From: Chthoniobacterales bacterium
Lineage (GTDB): Bacteria; Verrucomicrobiota; Verrucomicrobiia; Chthoniobacterales; Chthoniobacteraceae
NCBI GenBank assembly: GCA_038207335.1
Contig: JBBQZX010000002.1
Coordinates: forward strand, 32,001-96,000
DNA length: 64,000 bases
Direction of reading: 5' to 3'
Position 1 is the first letter of the stretch; the number at the start of each line of letters is the position of its first letter. The position numbers and the translations under genes were made by a program. Of the stretch, positions 17,870-27,465 are shown piece by piece. The notes under the pieces were generated by a model. The model was given only the letters and a program-made list of their open reading frames with translations. It was not told where the DNA came from and did not search any database.

Positions 17870-18963
17870 GGGGCGGGGTCGAATCGCGCGACGACGGCGC
17901 GATGCTGGGAGAGTGTGCCGGGCTCGGCGGCGCACGAAATGGGACGCCAGCCGCGGCCGCCGAAAAGGTAGTCGATGCGAATCCAAGGCCCGAGCAGGGA
18001 GGTGGGAAAATGCATTCCACCGGGAAATGTGAAGCCCCAACCGCGTCCACTTTTTGCGAAAGCGTCGGACATTTCATCCGCGAATACGTGGTAGCTGCCT
18101 CCGTGGTCGGGCATGTTGAAATCGCCGCCGACGATGAATGGAAGCGGCTCGAAGCGGAACACTTCGGCGAGGGCGGCGTAGAGTTGGGCGCGCTCGCCAA
18201 TCCATTCGCGGTAGTTGACGAGTTGGTTGGAGGGCTCGCCGTCTTCGATTAGGTCTTTCGCGATGCGCGGGCTGAGAAAGCGGGTGAATTCATGGCGCGG
18301 AGTGGGCATGTGGACGCTGTAGATGGCGAGCGGTTTGCCTTTGAAAATGACGACGTATCGGGCGGCGACCGGGCGGCCCCGCCAGCGCGGCTCGGCGAGA
18401 AGGCGGGTCTCCTGGATGAGGTGATGGCTGACGATGCTAAACTCGCCGCGGCTCTCGATGGAGCTGTCCGGGAAGGCGCTTTGCAACGGGATGCCGCGGC
18501 CACGGGCGTCTTGGAGGAGGATGACGTCAGGCTTTTGCGCGGCTAGGAATCCCGCGAATTGCGGGCGATTTCCCTGGCCGATATTGTGGGTGACGACCGT
18601 AAAGGTCTGCCGCCCGGCCGCGCCGGGGGAATGCCGGCGGAGGCCCATGTAGCCGATGGTGACGAGCGCGACGGCGGCGATGAGCCAGAGGCAAAGCGCG
18701 GGGCGGATGAGCAGCGCGAGCGGCGCGAGGATGGCGACGGGTGCGAGGAAAATCGGCGCCGGGGCGAAGATGAGGAGGCTGAGGAGCCACTGGGACTCGC
18801 CCCACCACTCGAGGGAAATCAGCAGGACAACGAGGACGGCGAGATAGCCGACGGTCGCGAGCGAGAGGAGGGTGCGACTTTTGGCGAAAGGCAGCGCGCT
18901 CCGGCTCAGCGGCGGAGGCTGCTCTGGATGCGCGTGCGGATCGGCTGCAGAAGTTCGTGGCAA
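17866..18963 (-). CDS. Membrane-anchored endonuclease/exonuclease/phosphatase (EEP) family protein
   Basis: Three N-terminal TMs; 'VVTHNI', 'PDVILLQD', 'SVH', 'GGDFN', 'GFTFP', 'RIDYLF', 'SQHRAVVA'. TTG start is uncertain. Confidence 0.8.
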   Translation of the reverse strand: MPRTSAADPHAHPEQPPPLSRSALPFAKSRTLLSLATVGYLAVLVVLLISLEWWGESQWLLSLLIFAPAPIFLAPVAILAPLALLIRPALCLWLIAAVALVTIGYMGLRRHSPGAAGRQTFTVVTHNIGQGNRPQFAGFLAAQKPDVILLQDARGRGIPLQSAFPDSSIESRGEFSIVSHHLIQETRLLAEPRWRGRPVAARYVVIFKGKPLAIYSVHMPTPRHEFTRFLSPRIAKDLIEDGEPSNQLVNYREWIGERAQLYAALAEVFRFEPLPFIVGGDFNMPDHGGSYHVFADEMSDAFAKSGRGWGFTFPGGMHFPTSLLGPWIRIDYLFGGRGWRPISCAAEPGTLSQHRAVVARFDPAP

Positions 18964-21000
18964 TTAGCGATCCTCCAGTGGGAGCGAGACGGCGGGTTCC
19001 TCGGTGTCGTCTTCGTCCATGTCGAAATTCGAATCGAAGGGGGCCAAGACCTCGCCGGGTGGGTGTAGTCTGTCGCGCGCGAGGTCGGCGCTGGCTGCGG
19101 CGGTGAGCTCTCGTTCGCCGAGATTGTAGGCTCTCGTGTAGTAACGCTGCGCCGTCTTGTAGCGACGCTGACGGTGCCAGTGGAGGCCGTAATTTGCATA
19201 GACTGCGCCGGAATTTGGATCGGCGGCAATAGCCCGCTCGAAGACTTTGTCGGCGTCGGCGAAGCGCCCGAGATTGTCCAAAGTGCGTCCGAGTTTGAGC
19301 AGGAGGCCGATATCTTGGGGGTAAAGGCGGAGGCCTTCGACGAACGCGGCTGCTGCTGCGTCGTGAAGCCGCAGCTTTTCCGCCGAATCACTGGCATCCA
19401 TCGCGAGGTAATGCTGCGACTCGCCGAGATAGTAATAAAGGTCGGGGTTCTTTTTCTCGGCATTCAACGCCTTTTCAGCCCAGTCTCGCGCCTCACCGTA
19501 TTGAAGGTCCCGCAGCGCGACGCGCGCCTTTTCACCTGCGAATTCACCGGGGATTTTAGGAAGCGTGAGCCCAAGAAGCAGGACTCCAATCGCCGTGGGG
19601 AGCCAGAGCATCCACGCTTTGCGCGGGGCATCGGGCGTCACCATTTCGTTCGCGTCGGTGGGCGTCGCGAGGATTCCGAAGAGGAAGGCGACGAGCAGGG
19701 TGTTGGCCGGGATATGGAGATTGAAATCGACGACGGAGTGGACGAGCAGGGCCACAACGGCGGAAAATGCGCCGATAACGCAAGCGAGTTCGCTGCTTTT
19801 GGTGCGCTTCGCGGGCAGGAGTTTTCGGAATAGGATGGAACGGATGCCGAGCCAGCCGCGACGGAGGTGTGCGGCGAGGAAGAAGAAGATCACGCAAACT
19901 CCGGCGATGCCGTACTCGGCGAGCATTTCGAGGTAGTCGGAATGGACGTGGATTGGATCGCCTTGAACCGAGGCGTCTCGAAGCTGACGACCGAAGTACA
20001 AATAGGTGCCGCTGCCGGTGCCGAATGCGGGCGCGAGGGCGAATTGCCGGAGCGCTGCCTCCCATAGTTGCAGGCGCATGTTGCCGGGGTCGTAGATTTG
20101 CCCGAGGCGGGATTTGAGCGAGGTGCTGTAGAGCATCAGGTAAGCGGCTCCGACCACAATCAACGTGCATCCGGCTATGGTTGCCGCGAGAAGGCGTCCG
20201 AATTTGCGGCGGTTCGTCCGGCGGATGACTCGGAGGGAGAGAAATGAGAAGACGACGAGGCCGATGACCGTGCTGACGTAGGCTCCCCGGCTGCCCGTGA
20301 TCGCTATGCCGCCGACGCAGATGACGACGCCGTAGATTGCGAGGACTCGCTGCCAAACTTTTCCGCGAGCCCAGCAGGCGAAGCCGAGGGCGAGCAGCCC
20401 AAGCATTTCCAAAAGACCGGCGAGATGGTTCGGGCAGATGTAGAACCCGCTCGCCCGCGCCCCGTAGTCGGGCCTGAAGATCGTCGGGACGAGCATGAAG
20501 TTGTTGCCCTCCTTGAATTGGACCGCGCCGACTGCAATGTGAGCCGTTGCGATGCCGAACAGCAACCAGACGATCGCGCGCCGCTGGCGGTTCCGAGGCA
20601 GATGAACCGCGGAAAGGAAGTAAACTAGGAGCGCTCCGACGGCCATAAGCAAGTCCGTGCGCGCGAGATACTCGACAGGTGAGAAAAGGGCTCGCGTGGA
20701 GACGTAAGCCGCTAGAAGCAGCGCCGAAGCCGTACACCAGCGGCCGGGATTTCCGAAATCACGCCCCTTTGCTCCAAACAAAGCGATGAGGCCGGCGACG
20801 CCTAGCAGTGAGTAGGCTGCGAGCGAATAGACGAGCCGCGGCCCTCCGATCAGCACTTGGATCATGCAGAAGGCTAGCCCGATCAGGACGACGATGAGTG
20901 CGCGGGAGAGCGATCTTCTCGGCCTGCGCGAGCCGGACGGTTCGGGAGCGTCGTTTGAGTTCTCAGTTGGAACTTCGGCGCTGTCAGGGGTGGATGGCAT
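18964..21000 (-). CDS. O-antigen ligase / O-oligosaccharyltransferase family protein with C-terminal TPRs (copy 1)
   Basis: Multi-TM; 'RASGFYICPNHLAGLLEM', 'TGSRGA', 'R.QLW..A', 'FGTGSG', 'HVHSDYLEMLAEYG', 'HSVVDFNLHIPAN'; TPR tail. Confidence 0.85.
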   Translation of the reverse strand: MPSTPDSAEVPTENSNDAPEPSGSRRPRRSLSRALIVVLIGLAFCMIQVLIGGPRLVYSLAAYSLLGVAGLIALFGAKGRDFGNPGRWCTASALLLAAYVSTRALFSPVEYLARTDLLMAVGALLVYFLSAVHLPRNRQRRAIVWLLFGIATAHIAVGAVQFKEGNNFMLVPTIFRPDYGARASGFYICPNHLAGLLEMLGLLALGFACWARGKVWQRVLAIYGVVICVGGIAITGSRGAYVSTVIGLVVFSFLSLRVIRRTNRRKFGRLLAATIAGCTLIVVGAAYLMLYSTSLKSRLGQIYDPGNMRLQLWEAALRQFALAPAFGTGSGTYLYFGRQLRDASVQGDPIHVHSDYLEMLAEYGIAGVCVIFFFLAAHLRRGWLGIRSILFRKLLPAKRTKSSELACVIGAFSAVVALLVHSVVDFNLHIPANTLLVAFLFGILATPTDANEMVTPDAPRKAWMLWLPTAIGVLLLGLTLPKIPGEFAGEKARVALRDLQYGEARDWAEKALNAEKKNPDLYYYLGESQHYLAMDASDSAEKLRLHDAAAAAFVEGLRLYPQDIGLLLKLGRTLDNLGRFADADKVFERAIAADPNSGAVYANYGLHWHRQRRYKTAQRYYTRAYNLGERELTAAASADLARDRLHPPGEVLAPFDSNFDMDEDDTEEPAVSLPLEDR

Positions 21001-21017
21001 TTCTCAACAAGGGCGCG

Positions 21018-21058
21018 AAAAAACAAAACGCCCCTGCAACACGCGTTGCAGGGGCGTT
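21018..21058 (-). terminator. Strong Rho-independent terminator after the Ala-rich protein gene
   Basis: Perfect 14-bp stem aacgcccctgcaac (21027-21040) / gttgcaggggcgtt (21045-21058), 4-nt loop, T-rich tail on the minus strand. Confidence 0.9.
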
Positions 21059-21075
21059 CGTGAGGAGCACTCGGA

Positions 21076-23856
21076 TTACAGTCCGAAAATGCTGGTGACA
21101 GGTGCCCCAGTTCCGCTGCTGTGTCCGTAGTTGTTGATGCCGGCTGCGCCTGCACCAGGGATCATCGCGACAGCTTGTGATTTACCGAAATCAACCGCTG
21201 CTTGAATTTGCGCGTTGGTTAGTCCCTTTGCGATATTCGCCAAGGCCGTAACGATTCCGGCACCGCTATACAGGCTCGGCGCATCGGAGACGGTCGCTCC
21301 AGCGGTCGCTGCAGCTTGGGCGATCTCCAAGATATACGCTTTCGCAGCTTTGCCTGCGGCGGTGAGAACGGCTTGCACCGCCAAGGGGATATCGGTATCG
21401 CCGCTCTGTGTCACTTGAGCGATGTAACCGGTGACGACACCTGCAGAACCTTGTGAAGGCTGCGAGGTAGCGTTCCCCGCGGCGTCTATTTGACTAATGT
21501 TCGGACCAGTCAGTTTCAGTGCTGCTTTGACTGCGGATGCCACAGCGCCCTTGACTGCCGCGATTTCCTTTTTGCGGTCTGTCCCGGTCTTGGCTCCATC
21601 GAGATTCGCCTCAAGGATGCCGACGGTCGCCCCGGCGGTGATCGCGGCGGCGGCGGCGGGCTTATCGGTCACGAGCGCGGTATCGACGCGGGAGTAAGCG
21701 AAGATCGCAGCGACAGATTTTCCTGCAGCTTTTGGCGCACGGAACGCGGCAGCATGAGCGGTGACGTGGGAATACTGCGGAGCGGCAGCGGTGGCACCGG
21801 TCGCGATGTCCACTGCGAACGCTTGGTTCGTGAAGACGAGGTCGGCGACGTATTCAAACAGATCGGAGGTGCTGGCCGCTACATGCACCGCAGTATCGAC
21901 GGCGATTTGGATATTCGGCTGCGCTTTGTAATTCGCACCGGCGGCGGCAGTCACAATAGCGGCGGCGGAGGCTGGGCTCGCCACGGCGCTGGCTGCCGCA
22001 ATGGCTTGCGCACCTTTGGGATTGGCGCGGGTGCCGGCGTTCGTGACAATCAGCACTTCGTTGGCGTTCGTGGCCGCTGCAAGAGCTTCTTCGACGGCGG
22101 TATAAAAGCTGACTTTCGTGAATTTACCGGGACTTCCAACGACGGGGTCGCCATTCAAAATGCGACTGGCGAGCGCACCGGCTTGGTCGATGTAATTATC
22201 GTTATCGTCCAAGCGCTGGGTCTTCGCACCGTCGATAATGGCAGTGACGTTCTTCTTGTCGCCGACGATACCGGCTGCGACTGCCGCTCCGACGTAGGTA
22301 GCGTTTGTGCTGATATCGATCGCTTGAACGGCTGCTTGGACAATCTCCTTCGAGAGCGCCTTATTCGCCTTGACGGCACCCAAGGTGATCGCACCAATTT
22401 CATTGGGGTTACCGCTTGCCTGCACTGCATTGATGGATTTCGTTACGATGTCGTTAGCCTCGGTGACATCGGAGCCACCCACTGCAATTGCAGCCTTCAG
22501 GCCCGCCGTGATGACTGCCTGGGCAAGAATTGGCGGAGCCGCTTTGATGGCTCCGAGAACGGCCTCACTCGGCTCGTTGGGTGCCGCCAGAACGGATGCG
22601 GTCGTCAATTTTGCAGCCGCCTTCGGATATGCGCGAACCCCGGACTCAGTGATGTCTGCCGTGCCCACAGTGCTCGCATGGCTCGTCGCGTAGCTAATAA
22701 CCGTTCCGAGAACATCAGGGGAATACCTGAGGTAACCCACAACCGCTCCAGCGGCAACGGCGTCCTCATGATTCGCAGGAGCAGTCGCAAGGTAAGCGTT
22801 GACGGCAGCAACTGCGGCTGTCGTATCCGTCGGATTCGCGTCGCGGACGGCAACGTAAGCGTCCACCGCTGTGTCAGCCGCTGTCTTGTTCACATCACCC
22901 ATCGAAACCGCAGCCTTCACATCTGCAGCCGAACTCGTCGGCAGAGCGGAGGCAGCAGCAGCGACAATTTCGATCGTGGTCGCACGCTTAATTGCGGCGG
23001 CGACTGTCGGCGGTTGCATCGGAGGAGCCAGTGCCGCAATAGCCGCGTTGGCTGCGGAAAGTGCCGCTTGCGTGACTTCAGTCGTCGTAGCGGTGGTTTT
23101 CGCAGCGCGAACCGCTGCGTAGGTAATTTCTTCGACGAGATACCCGGCACCGTTGTTGATCGCGGCCGTCACGACGGTAGTCGTGATAGCGAGGGTCTGC
23201 GAGTCACCTCCCTTCAATGCACCGGCAATTGCCGCAGTCGTGATTTTCGCGGCCAACGCGCTGGACGCTATGATCGCTTGCTCGGCGATATTGTCCGCAT
23301 CGACGTTGTCGCCAATTGCCGTGATCGCCTTGATCGCGGCGCCTGCGACGGCTGGCGCGCCCTTTGGCAATGCTTTTGACGCCTCAAAAGTGGCCGCCTC
23401 GAGATTCGCTTCGAGCTGTGCGGCGCTTTGGCTTGTCCCCGGGATTGCGGCGAGCGTTGCCGCGACGTTTTTGATAACCGATGCCGCCTTCGAGGGCAGC
23501 CACTGCGATGCCTCACGAACGAGGCTCGCGACCGTAACGCCAGCGATATCGGACGTTACTTCCTCCTCCACCACGAGCGCAGTTGCGGCGGCGAGTTCTT
23601 TGTCGGTTGCAAGCTCGAAACCTGTCGGCGGCGGGACGATGAGGGTCTTGGTAGGTGCGAACGTATGAAGCTTGTCCTGAATCATCTGGAGATCCAGATT
23701 CCCTGCGACCGGGCTGTTAGGATCCGGGTAGTAGCCTTGCGCAAGCACGGAGGCAGCGCTGAGCCCGAGGGCGAGAGCGATCGCGAAAGCCGACCGTTTT
23801 GCCGATGTGGCGCGAAGTGTTTGGGGGCGGAGTCGTTTGAGTGCGAGCGTGTTCAT
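21076..23856 (-). CDS. Large secreted Ala/Thr-rich helical-repeat protein (S-layer / surface protein candidate)
   Basis: ATG 23856; signal peptide ending ..SVLA|Q; no Cys; recurring 'P..A..I...A' helical units; distinct codon usage; own strong terminator. Confidence 0.7.
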   Translation of the reverse strand: MNTLALKRLRPQTLRATSAKRSAFAIALALGLSAASVLAQGYYPDPNSPVAGNLDLQMIQDKLHTFAPTKTLIVPPPTGFELATDKELAAATALVVEEEVTSDIAGVTVASLVREASQWLPSKAASVIKNVAATLAAIPGTSQSAAQLEANLEAATFEASKALPKGAPAVAGAAIKAITAIGDNVDADNIAEQAIIASSALAAKITTAAIAGALKGGDSQTLAITTTVVTAAINNGAGYLVEEITYAAVRAAKTTATTTEVTQAALSAANAAIAALAPPMQPPTVAAAIKRATTIEIVAAAASALPTSSAADVKAAVSMGDVNKTAADTAVDAYVAVRDANPTDTTAAVAAVNAYLATAPANHEDAVAAGAVVGYLRYSPDVLGTVISYATSHASTVGTADITESGVRAYPKAAAKLTTASVLAAPNEPSEAVLGAIKAAPPILAQAVITAGLKAAIAVGGSDVTEANDIVTKSINAVQASGNPNEIGAITLGAVKANKALSKEIVQAAVQAIDISTNATYVGAAVAAGIVGDKKNVTAIIDGAKTQRLDDNDNYIDQAGALASRILNGDPVVGSPGKFTKVSFYTAVEEALAAATNANEVLIVTNAGTRANPKGAQAIAAASAVASPASAAAIVTAAAGANYKAQPNIQIAVDTAVHVAASTSDLFEYVADLVFTNQAFAVDIATGATAAAPQYSHVTAHAAAFRAPKAAGKSVAAIFAYSRVDTALVTDKPAAAAAITAGATVGILEANLDGAKTGTDRKKEIAAVKGAVASAVKAALKLTGPNISQIDAAGNATSQPSQGSAGVVTGYIAQVTQSGDTDIPLAVQAVLTAAGKAAKAYILEIAQAAATAGATVSDAPSLYSGAGIVTALANIAKGLTNAQIQAAVDFGKSQAVAMIPGAGAAGINNYGHSSGTGAPVTSIFGL

Positions 23857-23947
23857 GGATTTAAGCAGGCGGCTGGGTTGGTTGTTCTGTTTCTGGCGGG
23901 GGGGAATGCACTCCGCGGGATGCGGGGGCACGGGGTTGGGCGGGCGC

Positions 23948-24010
23948 AGAGTCGGTAGGGCATGGAGCCATGTCAACGACTTTTTTCAGACCCTTTGAAA
24001 CTAAATTTCA
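23948..24010 (-). promoter_or_regulatory. Possible sigma70-type promoter of the Ala-rich protein gene
   Basis: Perfect TTGACA on the minus strand (23976-23971) preceded by an AT-rich tract; only a weak -10 (taccgactct). Confidence 0.35.
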
Positions 24011-24129
24011 GGCCTTTGTCCCATGCCCAAAATCGCTTCATTTCGCGAGCTCCCCCGGCGCATCAGCACACGAGAGATTCACGATTCCACAATTGCCAGC
24101 GCGCCGTTCGGCGATAGCTTTCGCGGCCC

Positions 24130-25947
24130 GTGGGAGTTTTCACCGCTATTTTGCTCGCCGCAGCGTTGCTGCTGATCGAAGGACTCGCTGGTGGGACGCG
24201 CCTGATTTTCAGCCTCCCAACGCTCGCGCTGCTCGGCCTTCTGGCATTGCTCGCGCCCCTTCTCCGGCGACGGATCGAGGTCGCGCCGCGCCCCACATGC
24301 CTCGCAGCGACGGCCCTATTCATCGGATACGCGCTTGCCCGCGCCGCAGGCTCATCGGGCGTCTTTCTAGGGTGGGCAGATGGGTTCACGATGCTCGGCT
24401 GCATCGCAGTTTATTTGCTCACGGTTTTTTGCATCCCGGATTCGCGAGATCGGCGTGTCGTGCTCACGGCGCTTTCCCTCCTCGCGCTGGGCGAGATTTT
24501 CCTCGGCCTTCGCCAATACGCGACGGGCGAAACGTGGCTGCCGTTCGGCATGTCGCGTCCGCTCCTTGATACGAAAAGAGCCGCCGGCACACTCATCAAT
24601 GCAAACCACTACGCGGGAATGCTTGAGATGCTCGGCGCGCTCGCGGTGAGCTTCGCGGCGTGGGGCTCGTGGAGCGGCTGGAAGCGCGCGTTTGCGGGCT
24701 ACACGGGGCTTCTCTGCTACGTCGGGATCGTCATTTCGGGGAGTCGCGGCGGCTGGGCGAGCGCGGTATTTTCGCTAGCGATATTTTCGCTGCTGAGCCT
24801 TTACGTGCAGCGCCAGACGCGTCCGAGAAAATTCCCGCTCGGCGTCGCGTTCTCGATTTTTCTCGGCATCGCCGCGCTCGGCGGCGGAGTGAAGCTCATG
24901 CTGAAAAACCCCGCGCTCGAAAATCGCATCGGCAGCCTCGGCGCGCAGTTCGAGGGGAAATATGACATCCGCATTTACAATTGGCAGGCGGCGCTGGACC
25001 AGTTCCACCTCGCGCCGCTCATCGGCACGGGCCCGGGGACTCATCTCTATTACGGACGCCAGTTCCGCCGAGTCGAAGTCCAGTCCGACCCGATCCACGC
25101 GCACAGCGACTACCTCGAGTTGCTCGCCGAATACGGCATCCTCGGCGCCGCCGCTGCCGCGCTTTTTATAATGGCGCACCTCATCGGCGGCTGGCGCGCC
25201 TGCCGCTGGCTCGTGCAAAAGGAACTCCACGACACGCACGAAGCCGTCCGCGTCTGCCACGACGGCCTCGCCCTGCAAATCGGCGCTCTCTCCGGCCTCG
25301 CCGCGCTCCTCGTCCACTCCGCCGTCGATTTCAATCTCCACATCCCCGGCAACGCCCTCCTCGCCGCATTCCTTTGCGGCCTACTCGCATCGCCCGACGC
25401 GCCGCCGCTCGCGGACGCCACGCGCCGTCGCATCGCATGGCTGCGCTGGCTCACGCCCATCGCGGGCTCCGTGCTGATCTTCGTCACGGTCACGCACTGG
25501 CGCGGTGCATTTTTTGGAGAAAAAGCGCGCATCTCACTGCGAGAGGATCAGCTCGGAGACGCGATCAATTTTTCTGAAATAGCAATCGCCGCCGAGAAGC
25601 AGAATCCCGAACTCTACTTCGTGCGCGGCCTCGCTCTCCGCGTAACCGCTCTTCGCTCGACATTCAGCGCCGACCGCGAGCGCCTGCTCACGAGCGCCCT
25701 CGCCGATTTCCGCGAGACGCTCCGCCTTTTTCCGCAGGATGAAAATGCCATGATCCGAATGGCCCAGACGCTTGCTGAACTCCGCCGTTTCCAGGAAGCC
25801 GACGCCGCCTTCCAATCAGCCATCCAGCTTGATCCGCGGCTCTACCGCCTCCGCATCGAATACGCCAATTACCTCCGTCGCATCGGCCGCGAAGCCCGCG
25901 CCGATGACGTCGTAAACAGCTTCCCCGCCCTCCCAGCCGCGAACTGA
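24130..25947 (+). CDS. O-antigen ligase / O-oligosaccharyltransferase family protein with C-terminal TPRs (copy 2)
   Basis: Paralog of 18964-21000: 'RAAGTLINANHYAGMLEM', 'SGSRGG', 'IGTGPG', 'HAHSDYLELLAEYG', 'HSAVDFNLHIPGN'; TPR tail. Confidence 0.85.
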   Translation: MGVFTAILLAAALLLIEGLAGGTRLIFSLPTLALLGLLALLAPLLRRRIEVAPRPTCLAATALFIGYALARAAGSSGVFLGWADGFTMLGCIAVYLLTVFCIPDSRDRRVVLTALSLLALGEIFLGLRQYATGETWLPFGMSRPLLDTKRAAGTLINANHYAGMLEMLGALAVSFAAWGSWSGWKRAFAGYTGLLCYVGIVISGSRGGWASAVFSLAIFSLLSLYVQRQTRPRKFPLGVAFSIFLGIAALGGGVKLMLKNPALENRIGSLGAQFEGKYDIRIYNWQAALDQFHLAPLIGTGPGTHLYYGRQFRRVEVQSDPIHAHSDYLELLAEYGILGAAAAALFIMAHLIGGWRACRWLVQKELHDTHEAVRVCHDGLALQIGALSGLAALLVHSAVDFNLHIPGNALLAAFLCGLLASPDAPPLADATRRRIAWLRWLTPIAGSVLIFVTVTHWRGAFFGEKARISLREDQLGDAINFSEIAIAAEKQNPELYFVRGLALRVTALRSTFSADRERLLTSALADFRETLRLFPQDENAMIRMAQTLAELRRFQEADAAFQSAIQLDPRLYRLRIEYANYLRRIGREARADDVVNSFPALPAAN

Positions 25948-25998
25948 ATCCGCGCTTTCTAATATGACGGGACGTTGAAAGTTGTCTCCACGCGCCCC

Positions 25999-27387
25999 AT
26001 GCCCAGCCACGCCTGCTCCAGCTTTCACTCGACCGCGCTCTCGCGCCGGCATGCGATCAAAGTCGGCGGGCTCGGGATGCTCGGCCTTACACTGCCGGGT
26101 TTGCTGCGCGCGCAGGAGCTCGCGAAAATCAAGGCTCGCGCGAAGTCCGTCATCTTCCTCTTCCAATGGGGCGGCCCATCGCACGTCGATATGTTCGACA
26201 TGAAGCCCGACGCGCCCGAGGGCATCCGCGGCCCGCACAAACCCATCTCCAGCAAAGCCGACGGCATCCAGGTTTCCGAGCATCTGCCGCGCACTGCGGG
26301 CGTCATGGACCGGGTCACGCTCATCCGCTCGATGCATCACTCGATGAAGAATCACAACTCGGCCGGCTACTACGCGCTGACCGGGCACGCGCCGCTGACC
26401 GACGATCAGCGGCTGCGCGATTCGCTCGATCTTTTCCCCGGATACGCCTCCGTCGTGGACCAGCTCGCACCCTCCGGCGGCGTCATGCCGACCGGCGTTT
26501 CGTATCCGCACGTCATCAGCGACGGCTCCGTCACGCCGGGACAGCACGCGAGCTTTCTGGGAAAATCGCACGACCCTCTGCTCGTCGTTCAGGACCCGAA
26601 TTCGCCGAGCTTCGCGCTTCCCGAGCTGAGCCTGCCGGAAGACATCCCATTCGAGCGAATGCAAGCGCGGCGCGAACTCCAGCAGCTCGTCGATGCGCAG
26701 GCGCGCATGATGGATTTCTCCGCCGCTGCGCGTGGAATGGATGGCTACTACGACAAGGCGATCGCGATGCTTCAGTCGCCGAAATTGCGCGAGGCCTTCA
26801 ACATTTCCGCGGAGCCGGAAAAGATGCGTGAGGCTTACGGGCGCTCGACTTACGGGCAGAGCTGCCTGCTCGCGCGGCGGCTTGTCGAGGCCGGGACGAA
26901 GTTCGTCACCGTCTACTTTTCCGACACCATCGGCGGGCAGAAAACCGACGGCGGCGGCTGGGACACGCACGGCTTCAACAACACGCGGATGTTCCCGATC
27001 ATCGAGAAATATCATCTCCCGCAAACCGAGCAGACACTGCCGACGCTGCTCACCGAGCTCGACGAACGCGGCCTCCTCGACACCACGCTCGTCGTCTGGG
27101 CCGGGGAATTCGGACGCACCCCGAACATCAACAAAAACGCGAGCCGCGACCACTGGCCGCAGTGCTACACCACGCTCCTCGCCGGCGCCGGAGTGAAGCG
27201 CGGATACGTCCACGGTGCGTCCGACAAAACCGGCTCCTACCCGAGCGAAAATCCCGTGCGCCCCGACGACCTCGCCGCCACGATTTTTCACTCCCTCGGC
27301 ATCGACCCGCACAGCGAATTGAAGATGGCCTCCGGCCGCCCCGTCCTCGCTGCGGATGGAAAAGCGGTGAGCGGAATCTTCGCGTAA
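25999..27387 (+). CDS. DUF1501 domain-containing protein
   Basis: 'SRR..IKVGGLG', 'AKSVIFLFQWGGPSHVDMFDMKPDAP', 'GQSCLLARRLVEAG', 'GWDTH', 'GEFGRTP', 'RDHW', 'DLAATI...LGIDP'. Confidence 0.9.
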   Translation: MPSHACSSFHSTALSRRHAIKVGGLGMLGLTLPGLLRAQELAKIKARAKSVIFLFQWGGPSHVDMFDMKPDAPEGIRGPHKPISSKADGIQVSEHLPRTAGVMDRVTLIRSMHHSMKNHNSAGYYALTGHAPLTDDQRLRDSLDLFPGYASVVDQLAPSGGVMPTGVSYPHVISDGSVTPGQHASFLGKSHDPLLVVQDPNSPSFALPELSLPEDIPFERMQARRELQQLVDAQARMMDFSAAARGMDGYYDKAIAMLQSPKLREAFNISAEPEKMREAYGRSTYGQSCLLARRLVEAGTKFVTVYFSDTIGGQKTDGGGWDTHGFNNTRMFPIIEKYHLPQTEQTLPTLLTELDERGLLDTTLVVWAGEFGRTPNINKNASRDHWPQCYTTLLAGAGVKRGYVHGASDKTGSYPSENPVRPDDLAATIFHSLGIDPHSELKMASGRPVLAADGKAVSGIFA

Positions 27388-27465
27388 CCAGCGCCCGAGT
27401 TCCGGGTCTCACAGCCCACTCCAAATCCGGTCGCTCACTCGGCGACCGACTGGTTAATTCAGCCC

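Noticed and set aside
21490..23379. 629-aa + strand ORF opposite the Ala-rich gene
   Set aside because: Antisense shadow produced by biased codon usage; no recognisable motifs.
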